In this document: positions 16,922 to 22,482 of the stretch, piece by piece | Layout: each line of letters begins with the position of its first letter | How positions within the stretch are numbered: the first letter of the stretch is position 1 | Virus record (IMG/VR): IMGVR_UViG_2556921039_000001 | DNA length: 22,482 nt | Strand: one strand, 5' to 3' | Source of the DNA: a virus | Notes under the pieces: generated by a model | The model's input: only the letters and a program-made list of their open reading frames with translations | Database searches by the model: none | What the model was told of the DNA's origin: nothing | Made by a program: the position numbers and the translations under genes

Positions 16922-17794
16922 GTGTTAGGTATATTAATTGCTTTTATGTGTTTTTTTTCTTTTGGGTCCTATATGGTTATGGCAGATTTAGTGAAACTAC
17001 CAACCTATCAAGCTTCTAAAGCAATTTTAAATGTAAGCAGACGTCAAAAGAAAAAAGCAAAGAACTTTGATGTATGGGTAATAGATATATCAACGAAGCT
17101 AGCTAAATTTATTAAAATCAATGCTTACAAGAAGCGGAAAATGATTACCAGCTTAAAGTCAGCACAGATAAATTTATCCCCGGAAACCTATATAGCAAAA
17201 GCCTTTGTGAAAGCAGGTCTTATACTACTGAGTATAATTCCTGCTTTATTAATTTTACCAATAATCAGTCCCATAATATTATTTTTAAGTATTGCGGTAT
17301 ATTTCAAGGAAATAGGAAGGGCAGAAGAAGCTGTTAAAAAGCAGAAAGAAGAAATTGAATACGAATTGCCTAGATTTGCATCTACCCTTACTCAAGAGCT
17401 AAAGGCAAGTAGAGATGTCTTATCAATTTTAGAAACCTATAAAAAGAGTGCAGGGAAAAGCATGAAAAAAGAATTGGAAATAACAGTTGCAGATATGAAA
17501 TCTGGCAGTTATGAAGCGGCTCTTACAAGGTTTGAAACAAGACTTGGAAGCTCATCTTTATCCGAGGTTGTAAGAGGATTAATTGGGGTAATTCGTGGAG
17601 ATAACTCGGTAGTATATTTTCAAATGCTATCCCATGACCTAAAACAGCTGGAACTGCAAAGGCTTAAAACTATAGCTGCCAAACAACCTGCAAAAATAAG
17701 AAAGTATTCCTTTGCCATGCTTTTATGCTTTATATTTATGTATCTTGCTGTAATGGGTGTTGAAATCGTTAAAACCCTTGGAGATATGTTTTAG
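16922..17794 (+). CDS. tadC: TadC-like inner membrane platform protein
   Basis: IEYELPRF...YEAALTRFETR, C-terminal TM; start likely GTG 16922 (RBS GGAGGTGA). Confidence 0.7.
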   Translation: MLGILIAFMCFFSFGSYMVMADLVKLPTYQASKAILNVSRRQKKKAKNFDVWVIDISTKLAKFIKINAYKKRKMITSLKSAQINLSPETYIAKAFVKAGLILLSIIPALLILPIISPIILFLSIAVYFKEIGRAEEAVKKQKEEIEYELPRFASTLTQELKASRDVLSILETYKKSAGKSMKKELEITVADMKSGSYEAALTRFETRLGSSSLSEVVRGLIGVIRGDNSVVYFQMLSHDLKQLELQRLKTIAAKQPAKIRKYSFAMLLCFIFMYLAVMGVEIVKTLGDMF

Positions 17795-17799
17795 GGGAG

Positions 17800-18216
17800 G
17801 TGGGAATTTTGAAAAATTTAATAAAATCCAAACGAGGCGAAGGATACATTGATACAGTTGTTATCGTAATATCAGCTATGTTAGTAATTGCCCTTGCAGT
17901 AAAAATATTTCCTGTATTTATCGTCAAAAACCAATTAAACACTGTTGCAAATGAGCTATGTAGAGAAGCTCAGATTACAGGCCGCATCGGAACTGAAGTA
18001 ACTAAAAAAGCACAAGATTTAACAGAACAAACCGGACTTAATCCTGATATTTCATGGGAAGCTGCTTATATCAGTGGAACAAATAAAATTCAATTAAATA
18101 ATGAAATGACTGTAACCGTAACACAAACTGTAGATATAGGCTTTTTTAGCTTCGGTTCTTTTCCTATTGAACTTACTTCAAAGGCAAAGGGAAGGAGTGA
18201 AGTCTATTGGAAATGA
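17800..18216 (+). CDS. TadE-like pseudopilin (DUF4320-like)
   Basis: Class III signal peptide: basic leader KSKRG|EGYIDT followed by a hydrophobic helix; C-terminal GRSEVYWK. Confidence 0.75.
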   Translation: MGILKNLIKSKRGEGYIDTVVIVISAMLVIALAVKIFPVFIVKNQLNTVANELCREAQITGRIGTEVTKKAQDLTEQTGLNPDISWEAAYISGTNKIQLNNEMTVTVTQTVDIGFFSFGSFPIELTSKAKGRSEVYWK

Positions 18217-18761
18217 CAAAAGTAAGAAGGTTATTGAAGGAGAAAAAAGGAAATGCCCTTCCCTTGGCTTGTGCTATAGTTATGTCATTGATCCTTATAT
18301 TTAGTGCTGCGAGTGAATACATGAGGCTTCAAATAATTGCAAAGGGTGTTAGAGATGCTCTGCAAACTGCTGTTATTTCAGTAGCCACAGAAAACTACGA
18401 CAATTTATATAACGGACTTCGTGAAGGCTATAGTGGAGGATACTATTTATCTGATTCAGATCAGTGGCAAAGCCAATTGGATACAGGGGATGTATATACT
18501 GAACTTGACAGTTTGCTTGGTCTTGAAACCGAAGGTATATATCATATTAAAACAACTGGGGGAGAAATGGAATTTAGGCTGTCAAATCTTAATGTTAATC
18601 TTAAAAATACTCCCTTTGCCCCATCTAATATAGAAAATGTTCAAAGGTTTGAAGCAGAAGCCTTTATAATCCTTGAAGTGCCATTATCCTTTGGGTGGAA
18701 TAAACTACCACCTTTAAAAACAAATTTGAAGGTTTTAGCAGGATATACGTCGAAATTTTAA
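18213..18761 (+). CDS. TadE/TadG-like minor pilin
   Basis: Basic leader KEKKG|NALPLAC followed by a hydrophobic helix; ATGA overlap with the upstream pseudopilin. Confidence 0.65.
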   Translation: MTKVRRLLKEKKGNALPLACAIVMSLILIFSAASEYMRLQIIAKGVRDALQTAVISVATENYDNLYNGLREGYSGGYYLSDSDQWQSQLDTGDVYTELDSLLGLETEGIYHIKTTGGEMEFRLSNLNVNLKNTPFAPSNIENVQRFEAEAFIILEVPLSFGWNKLPPLKTNLKVLAGYTSKF

Positions 18762-18847
18762 AGTGAATATATCACTTACATAAAAGTTGAATTGAGTAAA
18801 AAAATGCGTTGTTAACCTTTTTATGCTGAAAAGGAGGTCGTTAGAAA

Positions 18848-19390
18848 ATGAAAAGATTAAATATAAATACAAGAAAGAATATAGTGGTTTCTCTCTTATT
18901 ATTAAGTGTTATCGTTATGGGCGGTCTTTTAATATCACCCTTCATAGAAAAGGATAACAATGAAGATATCAATGTTGCTATAGCGGATAATGGAGAGTTG
19001 CAGATAAAAATAGAAGAAAACGAGATTAATGGGATTGAAGGGCCATCAGAAGTTGAAGGTCCTATAATAGATGAAAAGGAAAGCACTATAAATCCTAACA
19101 CCAATACCGACAGCTCCAAGAAAAAAGAGGAAGTTGTAATACCTGAACCACCTAAAGAAAAACCAGAGTCAAAGGATGATATTACTGATAAGAATAAAGT
19201 ACCTATCTATGAGGAAAAAGAGGTAAAACCAAGTGCCCAGCCTGAAACTCCAAAGGGTGACGAAAGAAATAATAAAGGTCAAATATATATACCTGGATTT
19301 GGATGGGTTGATGATAAAGGCGGTGGAGGAGAGGGGCATATCGTTGATTCTGAGGGAGATATTAATAAGCAAATTGGAAATATGAATTAA
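18848..19390 (+). CDS. Membrane-anchored Pro/Glu/Lys-rich protein (DUF6550-like) of the ICE backbone
   Basis: N-terminal TM, low-complexity stalk (PEPPKEKPE), conserved-looking C-terminal GQIYIPGFGWV...DINKQIG; RBS AAGGAGG. Confidence 0.65.
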   Translation: MKRLNINTRKNIVVSLLLLSVIVMGGLLISPFIEKDNNEDINVAIADNGELQIKIEENEINGIEGPSEVEGPIIDEKESTINPNTNTDSSKKKEEVVIPEPPKEKPESKDDITDKNKVPIYEEKEVKPSAQPETPKGDERNNKGQIYIPGFGWVDDKGGGGEGHIVDSEGDINKQIGNMN

Positions 19391-19413
19391 AAATAGAATA
19401 GAGCTAGTAAAAT

Positions 19414-19448
19414 GAGAGTATGGCAAATGCTGTACTCTCTTTTATTTT
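19414..19448 (+). terminator. Intrinsic-terminator-like hairpin directly before the next RBS
   Basis: GAGAGTATGGCA-aa-TGCTGTACTCTC followed by TTTTATTTT, then GGAGGTG. Confidence 0.65.
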
Positions 19449-19460
19449 GGAGGTGTCAGG

Positions 19461-21185
19461 GTGAAAAAAACAATAATATTTATCATTATCTTTGTGTTGT
19501 TGATAAGTATTTTTCCACTAGATGTTCTCGCTAAGGGAGATGGCAATTTTGACGGTGGTGGGGGAGATGTAGGAAGTGGAACTAGTCAAAACTTTTGGAG
19601 TTCTGGAAATGACGGGGTAAGAGTAACTGTCATAAAAAACTATGACAATACTCCAGTTACCACTCCCATAGACATTACAAATAGAAATCAGGATAGTACT
19701 CAAGTACACTTCGGCAAGAAAAGCAAAATCACTTATGTAAGCGGTAGCTCAATAATCCCTTATACAAGCGTCTACAGATATTATAATCCTACTAATCCAA
19801 TCCCACGAATAATAAGCACTGATGGCAATGTAAATATAGATGCTATAAAAAGCTATTTTTGCTCTGAATATGCAGTCAAATTAATAGCAGATATTACAGA
19901 AATTAATTTTGAGACATTGATTAATGGAGAATACAAGATTCTCTTAGAGCCTATAGCCTACATGACTTTTCAAGGAGTAAAAATGGGGATGACAGCCCAT
20001 GAAGCAGCTTTATATGATGAACAATTAAGTGGTGGACTTAGAAGTGAAATGGGAAGTTTATCCCATAAAAATTTACCTTTTGCAATGTTTTTGGAAAAAT
20101 CCGATTTAGGTTTCCCAATATGGTCTGGATCAACCAATCAAAATGTTACAAATGCTCAGATTAAATCATCATTGGGTCTTGGGATTGTTAGTTTTAGGGA
20201 AATAGAAGAAGTTCCTGAAATAAGTAGCCATGATTACGAATACAGATGCGATACAGACGTTATAACTGCTGTTACAGTAACCACAGGAAGAAGACGTACA
20301 CCTGATAATCCCATTACAGTAGAGTTTAGAGTAAATGGCAGAACCTATACAGTTAATAATATTTATATTCCAGAAGGAGAATCCCAGCTTGTATGGTTTA
20401 AATGGCGTACACCTATTACTCCACAAACAGTGAAGATTGATGTAAGCGTAAGTGGTGCATCGTTGAGCAAATCAACCATTACAGCTAATATAGTAGATCT
20501 CAATGAGAAAGTGCCGCCAAACCCAATTGCTAATGATAGAAACGAAGGTTTTAAAATACCTGCTATTCCTAATAAACCTCAAAAGACAACTGCTACTTGG
20601 GGAGAATGGGACTGCTATTGGGAACCGAAATGGGAATGGGAATCGGATTGGGATTGGTATGACGATGGAGAAGGTGGAGGATATTGGGAAGATAACGGAA
20701 GTTGGGTAGATAATGGAGATTGGAAATATGAGTGGATAAGCTATAGTGCAAGTCTATCCTCAACCATCAAGATTAAGCCGGACAACAAGGTGCCTACAGC
20801 TTCATCATCTACTATGAAATCAGGCTATGGGATTAATATGGATGTATCCACAAACTTTAATTCTAATGCTCCAAGTTCACATATTACAGGTGCGCAAAAT
20901 GTATTATCCTATTATCCTGAGTTCCACTATCAAGATTATCTAAGGCTGCTGGAGAGAACAACAGGTGGGTATTCGGCAAAATTTCAACTTAAAAGTAATA
21001 AATATTCTACCTATAATCAAAGAGTGCATTTTACGCCAGTTTGGTTTCCCGATGGAAAATATACAGTTTATGCAGAAGTGATAGATGCCTGGACACCTGA
21101 TGGCATGTTATCCATAAACTTAACGGATGAAATAACAATCAAAGGGAGCCTATATGATGACTGGCATGTTGGTCCGAAAAAATAA
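19461..21185 (+). CDS. Secreted/surface protein, 574 aa, with Trp-rich segment; putative adhesin
   Basis: Sec-type signal peptide (KKTIIFIIIFVLLISIFPLDVLA); beta-rich composition; Trp/acidic segment at 20598-20735; RBS GGAGGTG. Confidence 0.7.
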   Translation: MKKTIIFIIIFVLLISIFPLDVLAKGDGNFDGGGGDVGSGTSQNFWSSGNDGVRVTVIKNYDNTPVTTPIDITNRNQDSTQVHFGKKSKITYVSGSSIIPYTSVYRYYNPTNPIPRIISTDGNVNIDAIKSYFCSEYAVKLIADITEINFETLINGEYKILLEPIAYMTFQGVKMGMTAHEAALYDEQLSGGLRSEMGSLSHKNLPFAMFLEKSDLGFPIWSGSTNQNVTNAQIKSSLGLGIVSFREIEEVPEISSHDYEYRCDTDVITAVTVTTGRRRTPDNPITVEFRVNGRTYTVNNIYIPEGESQLVWFKWRTPITPQTVKIDVSVSGASLSKSTITANIVDLNEKVPPNPIANDRNEGFKIPAIPNKPQKTTATWGEWDCYWEPKWEWESDWDWYDDGEGGGYWEDNGSWVDNGDWKYEWISYSASLSSTIKIKPDNKVPTASSSTMKSGYGINMDVSTNFNSNAPSSHITGAQNVLSYYPEFHYQDYLRLLERTTGGYSAKFQLKSNKYSTYNQRVHFTPVWFPDGKYTVYAEVIDAWTPDGMLSINLTDEITIKGSLYDDWHVGPKK

Positions 21186-21204
21186 AGAAGATTAATTTAT
21201 TGAT

Positions 21205-21236
21205 AAGACGCAGGTAATAGTTATCTGCGTCTTTTT
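21205..21236 (+). terminator. Intrinsic-terminator-like hairpin
   Basis: AAGACGCAGGTAA-tag-TTATCTGCGTCTT followed by TTT; 13-bp stem with one G-U pair. Confidence 0.7.
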
Positions 21237-21256
21237 GGCGTAAAGAGGTGTTTTTC

Positions 21257-22482
21257 ATGGCGTTAGATCCGGCAACAGTTAAGGCTATACTACTTGCAGC
21301 TGAAAAAGTAGCAACGGACAGGAATGTAAGAAACATTGTCATTGGTGCTGTGCTTGTTCCATTTATCATAATTCTACTTATTCTTGCTTCACCCTTTGCC
21401 ATTTTCTTTGCAATAACAGGTGGGGGTGCGGGAGTAGAAAGTTTACCAATCAGTACTGTTATGCAAAACCTTAAATATGAGTTTTCCCAGAGGATAGAAG
21501 CAGAACAAATTCCGGAGGATGGTATTGATGACATACAGCTTATTATTATGGGAAGTGAAGATGGCACCATTATTGATAATTCAGGGGAAGTTTTGGCTTT
21601 ATTTGCAGTGGAAGCAAATACAGATAATGAAAATGGCGAACAGGTGGCAATGTTAAATAAAAAGCAAATAAGCAGGCTCAAAGATATTTACCGGGATATG
21701 AATAGAATAACTGTTGAGATTGAGGAAATTGAAAAGGAAATAGTGACTGAAACAGCTGGAGAAAATGGTAAAACCAAAACAGAATCTACAACAGTGACAA
21801 GAAAAATAAAAAAAGTATATGTAGACAGTCTTACATGTGAAGAAGTAGTGGACGGTTTTAATTTTAATGAAATCCAGTTAAAGCTGCTTGCTGAAATTCG
21901 AAGTAGTGAATATGCCATGTTAATGTCAGGTGCTACCGGAAGAACTGGTAATACAGTGTTGACACAGGAGGAGATCTCAAAAATAAGAGCTATGTTACCA
22001 GCAGATTTGGATTTGCAAAGAAAAAAAGTTGTAATGGCTGCTTACAGTATTGTGGGAAGAGTGAATTACTTTTGGGGTGGAAAAAGTCACGTGATCGGCT
22101 GGGATAGTCGCTGGGGAGAAATGAGCGAAGTCACATCACCGGGTAGCTCCTCAACCGGAACGAGTAGACCATTTGGGCTTGACTGTTCAGGATATGTTAC
22201 ATGGGTATTTATTAATGCAGGTGTACCGGTCGAAAACATAAATGACACGGTAGGGCACGGTGTAACGAGGCAGTGGGAGTTATCCATCCCCATATCTGAA
22301 CAACAAGTGCTGTCTGGAGATATAGCTGTTTTTTATATTCCCGGTACCCGCAAGGTTAACCATGTGGGTATTGTAGTCAGTATTGAGGAAGGTGACAAGA
22401 TAATGGTAGCTCATTGTGCATCGGGTTCCAACAATGTAGATGTAACCGAAGCCAAAGCAACAGGATTTAGATATTTCAGGAG
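21257..22482 (+). CDS. C40/NlpC-P60 cell-wall peptidase (conjugation hydrolase); runs off the window end
   Basis: Absent from the ORF track because there is no stop in the window. Hand translation from ATG 21257 (RBS GAGGTG): MALDPATVK..., an N-terminal TM, then YFWGGKS...GLDCSGYVTW...NHVGIVV...VAHC (Cys-His-His triad). Confidence 0.88.
   Translation, partial: MALDPATVKAILLAAEKVATDRNVRNIVIGAVLVPFIIILLILASPFAIFFAITGGGAGVESLPISTVMQNLKYEFSQRIEAEQIPEDGIDDIQLIIMGSEDGTIIDNSGEVLALFAVEANTDNENGEQVAMLNKKQISRLKDIYRDMNRITVEIEEIEKEIVTETAGENGKTKTESTTVTRKIKKVYVDSLTCEEVVDGFNFNEIQLKLLAEIRSSEYAMLMSGATGRTGNTVLTQEEISKIRAMLPADLDLQRKKVVMAAYSIVGRVNYFWGGKSHVIGWDSRWGEMSEVTSPGSSSTGTSRPFGLDCSGYVTWVFINAGVPVENINDTVGHGVTRQWELSIPISEQQVLSGDIAVFYIPGTRKVNHVGIVVSIEEGDKIMVAHCASGSNNVDVTEAKATGFRYFR

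Larger units (their letters stand above)
4701..22482 (+). mobile_element. Part of a Gram-positive ICE/conjugative element transfer region carrying a Tad pilus module
   Basis: Co-directional VirB6-like, PrgI-like and NlpC/P60 genes interleaved with tad genes; VirB4, coupling protein and relaxase are not in the window. Confidence 0.7.

Noticed and set aside
1-22482. CRISPR arrays, tRNA/rRNA genes, IS transposases
   Set aside because: No regularly spaced repeats, RNA gene signatures or DDE/HUH transposase ORFs were seen.

Overview
Low-GC Gram-positive (Bacillota/Clostridia-like) conjugative-element (ICE-like) region; every credible gene is on the + strand. It has three layers. (1) Positions 1 to ~4700 are the right part of a visibly higher-GC mobile element: three translationally coupled tyrosine recombinases plus a TnpC/DUF6262-like helper (a Tn554-like layout with an extra TnpB-type recombinase). 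Its end carries a 24-bp imperfect inverted repeat. It abuts an orphan coding tail, VLPTLTDRIKEMFDFQG*, that resembles the C-terminus of a Flp-type major pilin, so it appears to have inserted into the ICE's pilin gene. (2) The ICE backbone interleaves T4SS-type genes (TrbL/VirB6-like, a small membrane protein, PrgI/VirB3-like, NlpC/P60 hydrolase) with a Tad/Flp pilus assembly module (prepilin peptidase, CpaB, CpaE-like, CpaF, TadB, TadC, two pseudopilins) that has no major pilin gene of its own. Intrinsic-terminator-like hairpins punctuate the backbone. (3) A very AT-rich ~5.8-kb cargo (5889-11699) between two backbone genes encodes an unknown 258-aa protein and a ~1521-aa nuclease-STAND NTPase of the AVAST type 2 (Avs2) anti-phage family. 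Family assignments come from motif recognition by eye; no database search was run.
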